A DNA stretch of 63,633 nt, filler included, from Octopus bimaculoides (Eukaryota), in NCBI RefSeq assembly GCF_001194135.2. It is 7 parts of 7 records of this genome, joined end to end, with 100 filler letters (N's around TTAATTAATTAA, not from the genome) between each part and the next. Parts side by side here need not be neighbours in the genome. Positions count along the whole stretch, not along the records: positions 47,783 to 54,858 come from NC_068984.1; positions 54,959 to 61,739 come from NC_068987.1; positions 61,840 to 63,633 come from NC_068997.1; 4 more parts are not named here. One strand, 5' to 3'. Shown here in pieces: positions 50,311 to 63,633 of this stretch. Position 1 is the stretch's first letter. Each line of letters starts with the position of its first letter. Below the pieces are notes generated by a model, which had not been told where the DNA came from, did not search any database, and saw only the letters and a list, made by a program, of their open reading frames with translations. Position numbers and translations under genes: made by a program.

Positions 50311-51699
50311 TTACATTAATGAGTTCAGATTTTATCACGAGTCGACTTTATCATTTAATTTTCTAGAGTCGATAAAATAGAGTACCAGTCGAATACTGAG
50401 GTCGATCTAATCAACTCTAACCATCAGATATCGGCAGAAGGCGTGAGGCCCATTACTTATTTATAAACCGCAACATTACCATAATTCCATTTTCTGCAGC
50501 AACCGCCATGTTTGCAGGAGAGTCTGGGATTCTTACCTTGGAGTACCTGTTTACAATTAGGTCGAGCAGGTCACATGAAAATTGATGTCTCGGCTGTCGG
50601 CACCTTACATTATTCGAATCGCCGACCTATCAGCTGGTTATACGGGAGTCTACAGATTCTATAGACCAGTGTCCATTCAATTATAATCCTTTTCATGCAA
50701 TTATCGATTTTGTGTCTTGTCATATAAGAAAATCAATATAGTCTATTTCCAGTGTGGAATGGTGAAAATTTCGACTTATGTAACAGTGTGTAACAAAATT
50801 GCATTCGAAAATACGTTTTCAATTTCTTTTATTAACAGATAATAAATAATGGAAAATTGTGTATGAATATATAAGTATGTGAAAGATCGATAGATATACA
50901 GGGAGACAGAGAGAGAGAGACAGACAGACAGACAGGCAGACAAACAGAGAGAGAAGGAGTGAGTGAGTGAGTGAGTGAGTGAGAGAATGCATCTATATAT
51001 CTATATATGTGTATACAGTTGTATGTGTGTATACAGTTGTATGTGTCTGCGCGACCTCTGCTAATACAGTTAATTTGAAATGCTATATTTATTATCGTTG
51101 GTCTACGGTCTCTAGGGAAACTTTAGATACGGCGTGCATTGAAGAAGAGAATATGTTCCACTCGTTTGAAGAGAAGCATTTCAAGCGATCTGTTTGTTTG
51201 TTTGTTATTTTTGTAGTTAATATAGTTCTGCTAATTTTAAAATTTTAGATTTCCATTCTTTATCTAGTCAAGCTGGGTGAGAATAAATGTGGGAAGGATA
51301 TCTATATACATATATTTCTTCAGTAGAATATAATCGTTAAAGCCATCATTAATTTGTTTTAGTTTCAAAACGAAACAAAACAAATGGGTTTTATTAACCT
51401 CAGGCTTCTGTTGTTATTTCTTTGCTATTGTTAAATATGTATTGCATTTCTATACACGCCACAAAAGATATGACATACAATTCAATAGATTCATAGTTTT
51501 ATCTAGCTATTAATATTCAGAATAAGTCATTGAAAAGAAAACGACCTGTCATGGCTGTATGGTTAAGAATTCAGCTTTGCAACCAGCTAGTTTTTAGAAT
51601 GTCCCCAGTGCGTGTCAGTTTGGTCAAGTACCTTCCCTCTTAGCTTCGGGTTAATAAAGTGCAGTGCATTCCGAGTGGAATTCAACAGATGAAAGTTTG

Positions 51700-51761
<62 letters not shown>

Positions 51762-51789
51762 GTATGCATGTATGTACGCATGTATGTTC

Positions 51790-53835
51790 TTTGAGTTTAA
51801 TGTAAGTTATTCTTGAGAGAGTTTGAGCCGGTCGCTAACAAAGTAATAAGATTTTTTGAGTTAAGAGAGTCTCCGGTGTTTATAAAAATGTGATTGATTC
51901 GGTGTGTTGGTTTAACTGTCGTTGCATCTATTCACAAGAATCTCACAAGGAGAATTTTTGGAATGTCTGACAAATCCGCGTCAGTTTCTTTTGCTCTTTT
52001 TCCGTGAAACCGAGTATTTCTAGGTTTTTGAACAAATTTGGTGGTACATAGCCTAATACACCTATGATGACAGATACAAATGATAATTCATAGTCAGAGT
52101 ACAGGAGCTGTAAGTTTCACATTAATTCGCCATAAATGTTCTCTTTTTACCTAGACTTTTGATTGTACATTCATATCAGCTAGGCAGCTGACCTCTACAA
52201 CAGTGCATGGCTTTTGTTCCTTGTCCCACAGAACAATATTTGGTTTTTTAAGCTTGCACCGAACTGATGTTTTTACTAGGGTATTCCACCAGTATTCTTT
52301 GTTTTTAAAGGTGTAAATACCTACTGTTTCTGAAATGCATTTGATGTATACGTCAGGACAGCTCTTCCTATGGATAGCATTGTAAATACTTTTTGAAACT
52401 ATATCATGCCTCAGTGGTAGTATCTCGTAGACATTTTGGAGCAACTAGTATAGCAGAGCCGACATTTTTTATCACAGCGTGGAAGTTTGGTGGTATCATT
52501 GCCCCTCTTGTTTATCAGGTATTTAGTGGCTATCTCCTGTTCCTGGAGGGTGAAGGCATATCCTTCTAGATAAGATGTAATGTATCTATCGCAGGTCCAA
52601 AGGATTCTACTCTTCTTACTAATGCTGTTGTTATTCTCTAGCTTACAAGACATTTACCCATGCATTTCCTTTTGTTGATATGATGCCTGCTTCTCCACCA
52701 AGCTGTTTAGCTAGACCAGTCCAGCCTCATTTGCGTCGCATGAGACAGTTTTATTCTCAGAGAACCTGCTCAGTAGTCCTTCTCCAACTCTGAAGGTGTT
52801 GTTGTTCTCACTTTTGAGTATGCATAGAATATACTCATACTCATTTGTTTCTTTACTGTTCAATATGTGTTGTCTGAGTTATATAATGCAATATTCAAAG
52901 GCTATTTGGTCTGACCTTATGCCTCTACCGCCATCACTTTGTCTCACATAAATACTATCAGTGTCACTGTTAATATGGAAGTTGCCAATGGTGATCAGTA
53001 CCTGTCTGGTTTTGACGTCCAGGCTGCGTATCTCATCGAATGTTCAGTCAAATATCTTATGTGTTGGTACTAGCACTGGTACTGCAAAAACATTGTGAGA
53101 TATGATCTTGTTAAATGCAGACGGCTCTGAGTTCCGTATTTTCCGGCTTTAGTCACAGCACCAATGTATGCAACATTCTCATTGATTCCAAGGTACTGGT
53201 AACTTTCATCTTTAGAGATAGGGGAGATAGACAAGCCATTGATCTACATGTTCTCTGCCTGGTCAACAATCTTTCCTCGGTTGACTATCATGTGTGAGCA
53301 TTTATCTTACCCAAACTCCATTCCTATATCTCGTGAGCAACTAGTTCTAATTGTCTTTGATATTAGTCATATTACCAGAATATGTGTGGGTAACATTAAC
53401 TTTATTCTCTTCTCCGTATCCCAGCATGTACCCTTGGCATTTTGTTAACAAGGCTGACAAGAGATTCACTGCCAGTACAAACAGTACTACAGATAAACTA
53501 TCTGAATATGCCTCTTGATTGCTTAACTCTATTTATAACAATAGGTGTTGCTTCAGTAGTTGTCAGAGATAACTGCGTGGATCATGTTGCAGTCAGTCTT
53601 TCAATGATATACACTCTAGCGGCTAGTATTTTGGCAAGGTGTAGTAATTCTATCACAAATGAGTGGGGCACAGAATCGAATGACTTCTTGTAGTCCAGCC
53701 CTATCGTTAGGCGATTACGGCTGTGTTGCTTGGTTTCCTAAATGACAGCATTGTTGAGGAGGAGTTGATCAGCACATCACCAGGACTCCTTCTTTCCTCC
53801 CGCCTGTTCATCGGCTATCACTCCATTTGTTTGGC
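51790..53835 (-). mobile_element. R4-like RLE non-LTR element (subfamily F) flanked by (TACA)n-type repeats
   Basis: EQAGGKK; LDYKKSFDSVPHS; DSLSVVLFVLAVN; DIGMEFG*DKC; YQYLGI; DGGRG; KKCRLC; RHD; KPNIVLWDKEQKPCTVVEVSC. Confidence 0.85.
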
Positions 53836-54080
53836 TGTAGTCATGGAGAATGTATATATGTACGTATGTAGGTATGTATGTATATATGTATGTATGTATG
53901 TACGTATGTGTGTATGTATGTATGTGTGTATGTATGCATGTATGTATGTGTGTGTGAATGAATGTGTGTATGTATGTATGCGTGTATGTATGTGTAATAT
54001 ATTGTATCAAGACTCATGCGTGACAACGTAAAATTTGAATGACTGGATGTGAAGTGCTAGCTGATTTTAACCAAATATAT

Positions 54081-54858
<778 letters not shown>

Positions 54859-54958
54859 NNNNNNNNNNNNNNNNNNNNNNNNNNNNNNNNNNNNNNNNNN
54901 NNTTAATTAATTAANNNNNNNNNNNNNNNNNNNNNNNNNNNNNNNNNNNNNNNNNNNN
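54859..54958. other. Artificial scaffold linker
   Basis: 44N-TTAATTAATTAA-44N. Confidence 0.95.
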
Positions 54959-56125
54959 GGGTTTTTGGGGGTGGGGTGGGAGTCTTTTTCGTGTTCCCTT
55001 CTTCTTGTGGGGTTGTTGTTGATGGTGATGGTGGTGGTGATGGTGTTGATTCTGTTCTTGGTGGTACTGGTGGTGTTGTTGTTTGGTTCGGCTGGGTTAC
55101 TGGCTGCTGACGATTCTCCATTTCGTTGTACAGCTGCTTGACCAGTTGTGCATATGGCGGTGTAGGCAGTAATGCTGTTTTTTTCTTGTGCTTTTGGTTT
55201 TCTTGTGGTTGTTGTTGTTGTTATTTTTCTTGGTATTGTTGACGTTGTTGTTGCCTTTGCTCCTGGGCATGTGTTTTGAAGGTGAGTTTTGCTACTACAA
55301 ACGTAGCAAACTGGCCTTCTACCTTCGACGGAAACATGAAAGCTCGAATCCTCAGTTAATTGGATTCTATGTGGAATTTGCTCGTAGTTTGCTGGATCAA
55401 CTCGTACCAGGAGTTGAAATTCCTGGCCAATCCAGTTTTCATTGTACACGGCAGATGCTTCTAAAATATTTATTTCCTCCTCTATGCTTAGACATATGGC
55501 AGATACGAGCCATTCTTCCTAAATTTCAGGAGGCACATTCGAGATCTTTATTTTCGTATCCCCACGACCAAGGTACGTAGGGATCATGAGCAGGTTCTCA
55601 TGTAATGACTTTGTGGAGAGGTCCTTGGCTCGCTGCTCGCTGTCGAGTCCTACCTCTATTGTTGCGAACTTCATACCTCTCGTTATGTAAGTTTTATAAG
55701 ACCATAGCGGCTTTAAGCATCTCTCAACCTTTTCTTGAGTGAATTTTTCCAGTGTCTTTGTCTTTAAAATAATGGTTCTGTAGATGATAGTTTTTTGTAG
55801 ATGATGTTTATTTTAAAGTCCGCAGGTGTTTGAAGATGGACTGTAACGTCCTTTTTACTTAGCATGCTTTTGCATGCGAGTAATTTCTTTCGATATATTC
55901 AAAATTCTTTTTCTGGGCTTCAAAGCTTCGGCAAAGTTCGCGTTTGTTGTGGTGGTGGTGGCGGTAGTGGTGGTATCAGTGGTGAGGACTGTGGTTTTGT
56001 TAGCAAGGACATTTCTGTCCTTGTTGTTGCTGTTGTTGTTGTTATTGTTGTTGTTGTTGTTGTTTTTGTTGTTGTTGTTTTCACTGGTGACGGTGGCAGG
56101 CAAGACTGCTGTAGCAGCAGAGTTT
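54959..56125 (-). pseudogene. LINE ORF1 (gag-like, CCHC zinc knuckle) remnant
   Basis: NFAEALKP; KFATIEVGLDSEQRARTLS; VSVEGRRPVCYVCSSKTHLQNTCP, followed by a T/P-rich tail. Stops and frameshifts upstream. Confidence 0.75.
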
Positions 56126-56509
56126 TNNNNNNNNNNNNNNNNNNNNNNNNNNNNNNNNNNNNNNNNNNNNNNNNNNNNNNNNNNNNNNNNNNNNNNNNNN
56201 NNNNNNNNNNNNNNNNNNNNNNNNNNNNNNNNNNNNNNNNNNNNNNNNNNNNNNNNNNNNNNNNNNNNNNNNNNNNNNCTAGGAACGAGGAAGATGTTTT
56301 TGAATTTTTGGAAATAAAGCTCTAAATAGAGCTATTTCCGATTTGAAAAATATATATTCACGAAGTATTTTGTGTTATACACAACTTATACAAAATTTAA
56401 AAACAAAACAGGTCTTTTAAGAGGTGAAAAATGCAACTTACATGGGAGCCGATGTGTCTACCGTCCGTCCATGAGATATAGATAGAGCTAGATAGATAGA
56501 CAGATAGAT

Positions 56510-56589
<80 letters not shown>

Positions 56590-56598
56590 CAGACAGAC

Positions 56599-56783
56599 TC
56601 GTTAGCCCACCGGGCAAAGTGGTTAGCGGAATTTCGTTCGTGTTTACGTTCTGAGTGCAAATTCCGCCGAGATCGACTTTCTCGGGGTGGATGGAATAAG
56701 TATCACTTACGCACGGGGGCTGATGTAATCAACTTCTCCCCTCCCACAAAATTTGAGACATTGTGCCCATAATAGAAAGGACT
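56599..56783 (+). mobile_element. SINE family B, degenerate, after (AGAT)n
   Basis: tacgttctgagtgcaaattccgccgagatcgacttt. Confidence 0.75.
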
Positions 56784-56784
56784 G

Positions 56785-57320
56785 TTATTATTATTGAGTG
56801 AGAGAGCATCGCATGCCATCAAAGTGACACTGGGGTAAAACATACGAAGTACAATATACCCATCATGACTACTCGTCTGACAAGGATGCACCAGCCACAT
56901 GAATCATAAGTATATGTGCATGACATGGTGGTCTCATATCAAGATAAGCAGCGCATGGCCTTGCAGGTGGGGTCGAGTTATTATTTTCTTCAGGTCGTGG
57001 GGCCCATCCCACTCAAAAGGTCCCCGAATAAGGTTTGTTTAAGGATGATGAGCAAAATTATTCAAATCCCAAAGAATTCCTCTCAACACATAACTATAAT
57101 GCTCCCCCACTACTTCTGCTCGTGATCAGAGATGTACATATCGTCAGCCATTAAGAGACATGCTCAACTGGTTAAGGTGAAACAACTGGCAAGCAAATCT
57201 GTGGTATTGAGCAAAATATTTGCTGTAGCCCATATTTTATACCAAGACAAAGCAATGTATATGATAACACTTCCAATCAGTTAAGATCAAAAGCCATGCG
57301 ATCCAGTGCCTTGTATTGCA
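56785..57320 (-). mobile_element. Dispersed repeat family D (retro-type, AAT-like tail)
   Basis: Homologous to 32660-32830; bounded by (ATT)n runs. Confidence 0.65.
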
Positions 57321-57322
57321 TC

Positions 57323-57401
<79 letters not shown>

Positions 57402-60400
57402 TCATTCTTGTATGCGTATCAGGCAAAGACTGGCTATTTATATACATATACATGCATACACGCGCGCGCGCATACGACTAGATGTATCCCTAAATCGCAT
57501 TGGCACGAACCTTGCAACCCTAGGGAAAAGAAATTCAAATTGAATGCATAATGTACTCTTTGACTGGTATCGAATATTCACTCGTTTGTATAAACAAATA
57601 CACACATATACGTATATCTGTGAGTCTACCTGTCTATATGTATGTCTGTATGCATGTGTATATATCTGCCTTTCTGTCTGACTGTTTGTCTGTCTGTCTG
57701 TCTCTCTGTCTGTCCTCCTCTCTGTTTGTCTGTCTGTCTATCTGTCTGTCTGTATGTATGTATTTATGAATACTGATTTATTCTCTTCAGTCATTGATAT
57801 TATTGGGTACACTGAACAAAATTACGTATGCATGATCAGACGCTATGTGCAGGATAAGTTATTATTTATTCATATAGGGAAGGCCGATTCGTTTTTAACA
57901 TTTTAGTTATATATCTACCTCCATATCAACTAGAAGTAAGAAGCCCGTATTAATTTCCTTTTGTACAAAAGACAAAAAAGTAAAATAGTCATCAACACAT
58001 GATAGCTATGTAAAGCGAACCTAAAGAAATTTGCCACATCATTACTCCAAAAGGATATCCTCGAAATAACATCTCTTTATGTTGCAGCCACGGCAATCTA
58101 GAAAGAAAACTAAAATATGTTAACAACAACAACCAGTATAAAGGGAACACATTTTGGCCGATGGATCAAAAGAAAACCAAAAACGAAATTCAAACACACC
58201 CCCACCTCATATTATTTTTACGGAAATCAACTACCCAACTGACGTCAGTGTGGTAAAAATAATATAAGAGAAGTAAACATCAATGCACTACTGGAGAAGA
58301 ATTTACAAACCCAGCTTCTTAATTACATTCTCAACTTTATATCCATCGTTATTGAGGCAACAGGATATGTACAAAACCGTAGGGTCAAAATGCGGTTGAT
58401 TTTGGAGTTCAGAGAATTAGAGAACAAAAGAGAGCTAGCTACAAAAATATCACATGCTACAAATGATCGCCTTATCTGAAACCAAAATATCTACAAAGCT
58501 TTGGAATTTAAAGGGTGTACGGTTGCGCAAGAATCGACAAAAATAATAAGGCACAACCGACGCCTTTCTTACTATTGTTGCTGTACAACTTTTCCGTCCA
58601 GCAAATGACCGATCAAAATGCGTGTTTGTGTGTGTGCGTGTGTGTGTGTGCGTACGTGCGTGTGTGTATATGTGTGGAGGGGATGTAGTTTAAAAGCTGT
58701 TCTGCGAAAATAATTGATACTTCGGGCTGCTGTTCTCAAACCTTAGATCTAATCAGTTATTTATATTTTCTTTCTGCAAGAGCACATCAAATTTATACAT
58801 TTCAGAATATCGCCGTCGTTGTTGTCAACTCGTCGTCGTCATCATCACCTCCACCTCCACCATTATGAACATCATCATCATCATCATAGGCTTTATCATT
58901 GTCACCAATAACAGCAACAACATTTAAAAAATATGATATAATAATTCAGATATAACGGTAAGAAGGCGAATATCTTTTGTGTATAGCGTCGTGTAAGTAC
59001 TGTAGTGATGTAATATGTTGCCACTATTTCAGTTGATTCTGTACGAAGTTTGGTTGCTGTTGTTGTTGTCCATATTCTTTATGTTTACCCCCAAATCAAC
59101 ATTCATCGAACATATCTATGGGCCCATTTTTTTCTAGGTTGTCAACTTTCCCTTCCCCATTTTCCCCAGACATTCATGTCCCATGATCTATGTTTATTTT
59201 TGTTTTTTCATATCTTTTCATATTTGAGGGAACATTTAGATGTTATGTTGTATAGGTCCTGCGTCAATATATATGCCTCTTCGTAGCGTGGTTTCGTTGT
59301 GTAAAATTGTTTTAGTTTCTCAGTTGAGACTCAAAAATCAAAGCTGAGAGAATGAAAACAAAATAGAATTTATCGACATTTGGGATGATCAATGGATGAG
59401 GATCTAAAAACAATAATAATAACGGCAATAATTCTAGCAACAAACCTTCACTAAATGTATGTTACTTTTTAAATCACCTACTACCATCTTCAATAAAAAA
59501 AAAAGTGCCCAACACTTTTGTCCTATATTTGGTACATGTGTCTTTTTTTTTTGTGGGCGGGAGAGATTGTGTGTGTGCATAAAGCAAGAAAATATAACGG
59601 GATAGCTTTGTATTTACTCATAAATCTGCTCCATTGATGTCGACCGTCTTGTAGGAAGTTAAAGAGTAATATCAGTAACAAGTACAGTAGTAACGTCGAA
59701 ATAGTTATATTGAAAAAACCTTACATTAAATTCTAACAAAGAAGTGTAAGAAATATCATTTTTATAGTATATTATATAAACTAGTTTGAATACTAAAACC
59801 CTTCTATCCCAAAACAAGAAAACCAAAACAAAGACATTGTTTGGCACTAAATATGAACAGCATTCGTTAGATTGGTCTCTTTTATGAATAACTGTAAAAC
59901 AAACAACAAAAGCAATATAAACGACACAACCAACAGCAACATGTCCAAGCACAATAACAAGTACCTTTACTACCAGTATGAACACAAAATTATATCAGAC
60001 AGAAAGAATTACATAAAATCATCACACTTTCTCTAAAATAACCTCAAGCAACGTATCTACCTCTGTCCCTCCGTTACTATCTCTGCCTTCACCACCATCA
60101 TGACTGCTATAACCATCTAGAACCCTCTCACCGCTAACACCTCCCCATATTCATTGCCACATTGCCGTCATCAATATAGTCGTGATTTCCATTTTCGTCT
60201 CGATCATTGTAAAACAATAACTATTATATATAACAATCATATTACATAATAACTACTATATTATATGTAACTGTAACATATAACTCTTACATATAACCAC
60301 CACAATGACCCACAATCCACCAGCAGCACCATCTTAGCAACCACAACCACCATCATTAAGGTTTTTTATTTATTTATTATTGCCGACTTCGTTGTCATTT

Positions 60401-60605
60401 GTATATGTATTGTTTCTGCATGTGTAAACATCTATCATGGTTGCCGATATTATTTCTAAGCGCCACTCTCAACATGGCTACGAATAACATCAGCTAAAGC
60501 ACAGCTATTGCCATCATAATCTCTACCCTCCTCAACGTTCATCATCATCATCATCGTCATCATTATCACCATCATCATCGTCGCCGTCATCTTCTTCATT
60601 ATCAC

Positions 60606-60647
<42 letters not shown>

Positions 60648-61702
60648 GGTCATCATCATCATCGTCGTCGTCGTCATCGTCGTCGTCGTCGTCGTCATCA
60701 TTATATCATAATTAACATCTTCATCGCATGGTCATTGTTATTAATCATAATACTGTTTTTCATTACAATCATCATCACCGACACTATCAATGCCATCATC
60801 ACACTCAACACAACTCCTAACACCAATCACCGATCATCACCAACCCCACAGTCCCCACCCCGTCCGTCACCACCACCACCACCACCACCACCATCGCCAT
60901 CATCAAGGACGTCACCACCTTTGAATGATGATATTTATTACAGCTGCAATCAGGTGTTACATAAGAATAGTGACAATGATTTGCAGATAGCAAGGAAAGA
61001 GAGCAAGGGAGAGAGAGAGAGAGTCAGAGAATGAGTAAATAATTGAATGAGCAGACGAATAAGGTAGGTGGGTTAGGTAAGGGACAGAGATGGATAACGA
61101 TGACAATGAACCTGCGGCATATGGAGGAAGCCAGGCTTTTGCAAGAGAGCACTCAACACAAGATAGAAGAGTTTCCATAGCCTAGAGCAGTAGTGAGGAG
61201 TTATCGCAATCGGTCTCCAGCTTAGAACGCCAATTAATTCAGTTCCTTAACCAAGAATAACAAACCGAAAGGCACTCTAACGCATCAACAACAAACAAAA
61301 TATTACAGGCCATTGCAAAGATCTCAGGATATATATATTAAAAAAACTAAATAAACAGATAAATATAGAAATGAGCAAATAAATAAATAAAAATAAATAA
61401 TGCGTAAGAGCATGCGAACAATAAACTAATGCGGGATATATATTAAAAAAAATGTGAGACGTCTTTTGTGTGCAAGGGGTAAAAATTCTTGTGGTTTTGT
61501 AATACTCAAGAGTGAAGTATTTTTAATACAAACGATGTGCGTCTAAAGATCTCTTACCAAATGTTATAAATAGATCTATTAGAGAGAGGTACGTAATGCT
61601 GCGTATATAGACACAAGCACATACGAGCACAAAGAAACTCGCACACGCATACAAACACACACGTGTGTGTATGTCTATATATATATGTAAATACATATCA
61701 TA

Positions 61703-61739
<37 letters not shown>

Positions 61740-61839
61740 NNNNNNNNNNNNNNNNNNNNNNNNNNNNNNNNNNNNNNNNNNNNTTAATTAATTAANNNNN
61801 NNNNNNNNNNNNNNNNNNNNNNNNNNNNNNNNNNNNNNN
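61740..61839. other. Artificial scaffold linker
   Basis: 44N-TTAATTAATTAA-44N. Confidence 0.95.
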
Positions 61840-61876
61840 ATACATACATACATACATACATACATACATACATACA

Positions 61877-61908
<32 letters not shown>

Positions 61909-62342
61909 CAAAGTATATAATTTTATAAATATAATTATAAAATTATAAGGTAACTACTAAGTAACACCACATGCTAGAAGAAGACGTCAAAAGGCTCTAA
62001 AACTATTTATCACACAGACACGGGCTGAAAGCGAGAGAATGAACAAAATATTTGGGGGAAATGTTTAGCCATAGATCGATTTCTGGTTTAATGATGTAAT
62101 ATCACTTTACCGTCCTCAGTATGGCATAACCAAAAGTACATAGTTATAAACATTTATGCATACCATACGAACACAATGTATCCATAGTGCATTTTCAAAT
62201 GTTCATACTTATATATAAGTTAAAAATCTAGTTCGTTCATCTCTGCCACGTGTGAATAGCCAAAATAATTCAGCAGTGAATAAATTTGGTTTAAGTGAAT
62301 TCATATTTATCGTTTCTAATCAAGGATAAAATCTACATAGGA

Positions 62343-62690
62343 TTTTATCAAGTAGCTAGCATGTAAAAACCAATTAAGGTAAAAATTAAAACAAAGTATA
62401 TAATTCTATAAATATAATTACAAAATTATAATAAGGGCAACTACCAAGTAATGCCACATGCTGGAAGAAGACGCCAAAAGACTCCAAAACTATCTAATTT
62501 ATTCCCTTACTTTCAGCCCGTGTATATGTGATAAATAAAGTAATTTTAAAGCTTTTTGGCGTCTTCTTCTAGCATGTGGCATTACTCTGTAGTTGCCCTT
62601 ATTATTGTCTTATAATTATATTTATGAAATTATATACTTTGTATTAATTTGTACCTGAATTGGTTTTTACATGCTAGCTACTTGATAAAA
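62343..62690. repeat. Imperfect inverted repeat (about 145-bp arms) with a third, direct copy at about 61905-62035
   Basis: ttttatcaagtagctagcatgtaaaaaccaatt ... / ... aattggtttttacatgctagctacttgataaaa. Confidence 0.9.
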
Positions 62691-62692
62691 GT

Positions 62693-63502
62693 GTGCCATG
62701 ATAGTAGTATGCTAAATAGTCAAATGTCCTGAAGATGACTCGATGTGGATGGTAGTAGTGATTGAAATTCTTGAAACATCTCTTTTGAATGTATTGTTTA
62801 TAAAATTTGCGTAGGTGTTATTCTTAACAGCAATAGTGGTAAACTGTTCTGGGTGTCAAGAGCAATACATAGGCCAAACAAAAAACAGTCTACGTTAAAG
62901 AATGACTCTGCACAGATCCCAGATCAAAATTCTCTAAAATAGAAAAATAGCATTCAGCCAACACGTAGACATTTGCGCCAATAACAAAAATCCAAGCTTC
63001 AGAATTTTCCCCTCTACCAATTCAGGGACAATACAACCTGTAGCCAACGAATTAGTAAAGAGACTCTCTTTATTACAAAATACAGACCCCTCTTGAACGC
63101 GTCTACAACAAACGACATATCCACCGTGCCCTTAGAATAACACAAACGCAAATACTAAAAATGATACACTCAAAAGATTCCCAAGAATTCATTAAAAAAC
63201 AGTCTCAGTCACTGTTATCCATAACGAGCCACTTTTAGGTCACGAGACCATTTAACACATTACTGCTATCATGCTACCTACATTCCTTCTTATTCTCCCT
63301 TCTCTTTCTTCTTCATCTTCATCTCCTTCCTCTCCGCCACCTCCTTCCTACCTTTACCGCTAATGCTGTTTAGAATAACACCTACGCAAATTCTATGGAC
63401 AAAACATTCAAAAGAGGTGTCTCAAGAATTCAATCACTATTACCATCCACAGCGGGCCATCTTCAGGACACTTGACCATTTAGTGTACTACTATCATGGC
63501 AC
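62693..63502 (+). mobile_element. 5'-truncated PLE with inverted terminal repeats (62693-62832 / 63364-63502)
   Basis: IRs bracket a GIY-YIG remnant; a further diverged direct copy of the repeat lies at about 63137-63290. Confidence 0.8.
62833..63100 (+). pseudogene. PLE GIY-YIG endonuclease remnant
   Basis: IVVNCSGCQEQYIGQTKNSLR*RMTLHRSQI..FSQHVDIC..FRIFP / RISKETLFITKYRPLLN. Confidence 0.85.
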
Positions 63503-63510
63503 TCCCGCAT

Positions 63511-63633
63511 TCTTCTTCTTCTTCTTCTTCTTCTTCTTCTTCTTCTTCTTCTTCTTCTTCTTCTTCTTCTTCTTCTTCTTCTTCTTCTTTTTCTTCTTCT
63601 TCTTCTTCTTCGTCTTCTTCTTCTTCTTCATCT
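63511..63633. repeat. (TTC)n microsatellite
   Basis: Directly visible. Confidence 0.95.

Noticed and set aside
50537-50626. Possible minus-strand 90-nt exon ending AAG/gtaaga
   Set aside because: Good donor but no polypyrimidine tract and no recognisable peptide.
54907-55449. 180-aa ORF as an intact host zinc-knuckle gene
   Set aside because: It is the C-terminal part of a LINE ORF1 with upstream stops and runs into the linker.
57990-60060. Faint PLE-like peptide traces (KLKYV near 58120; KNYIKSS..KQRIY near 60010-60060)
   Set aside because: Too degenerate and A/C-rich to distinguish from chance by eye; TBLASTN with a PLE query would decide.
62715-62785. CTGAAGA ... GAAAC-ATC as a plus-strand hammerhead
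   Set aside because: No helix II hairpin, no stem I complementarity, and the sister copy reads GAGAC.

Overview
AT-rich, microsatellite-dense metazoan repeat DNA. The SINE families match those I associate with Octopus genomes (inference, not a database result). The window is not one locus: six 100-nt linkers (44 N + TTAATTAATTAA + 44 N) join seven separate pieces (1-18689, 18790-26148, 26249-35071, 35172-47682, 47783-54858, 54959-61739, 61840-63633). I find no supportable host gene; nearly all ORF-track entries are translations of simple repeats or of dead transposons. Recognisable content: decayed Penelope-like elements (PLEs; RT, GIY-YIG, terminal repeats), at least eight R4/Dong-type RLE non-LTR fragments sitting at (AAT)n or (TACA)n microsatellites, Tx1-, CR1- and ORF1-type LINE remnants, a mariner split by a long-TIR element, hAT- and Merlin-like MITEs, a Helitron-like element and many tRNA-derived SINEs. 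The most notable signal is a set of type I hammerhead ribozyme (HHR) motifs from several unrelated PLE-like terminal-repeat families. They include a 410-bp near-perfect palindrome with an HHR in each arm (48406-48815), whose mismatches are almost all G-U in the plus-strand RNA, and a non-coding ~468-nt retrozyme-like monomer capped by a hairpin (26564-27165).
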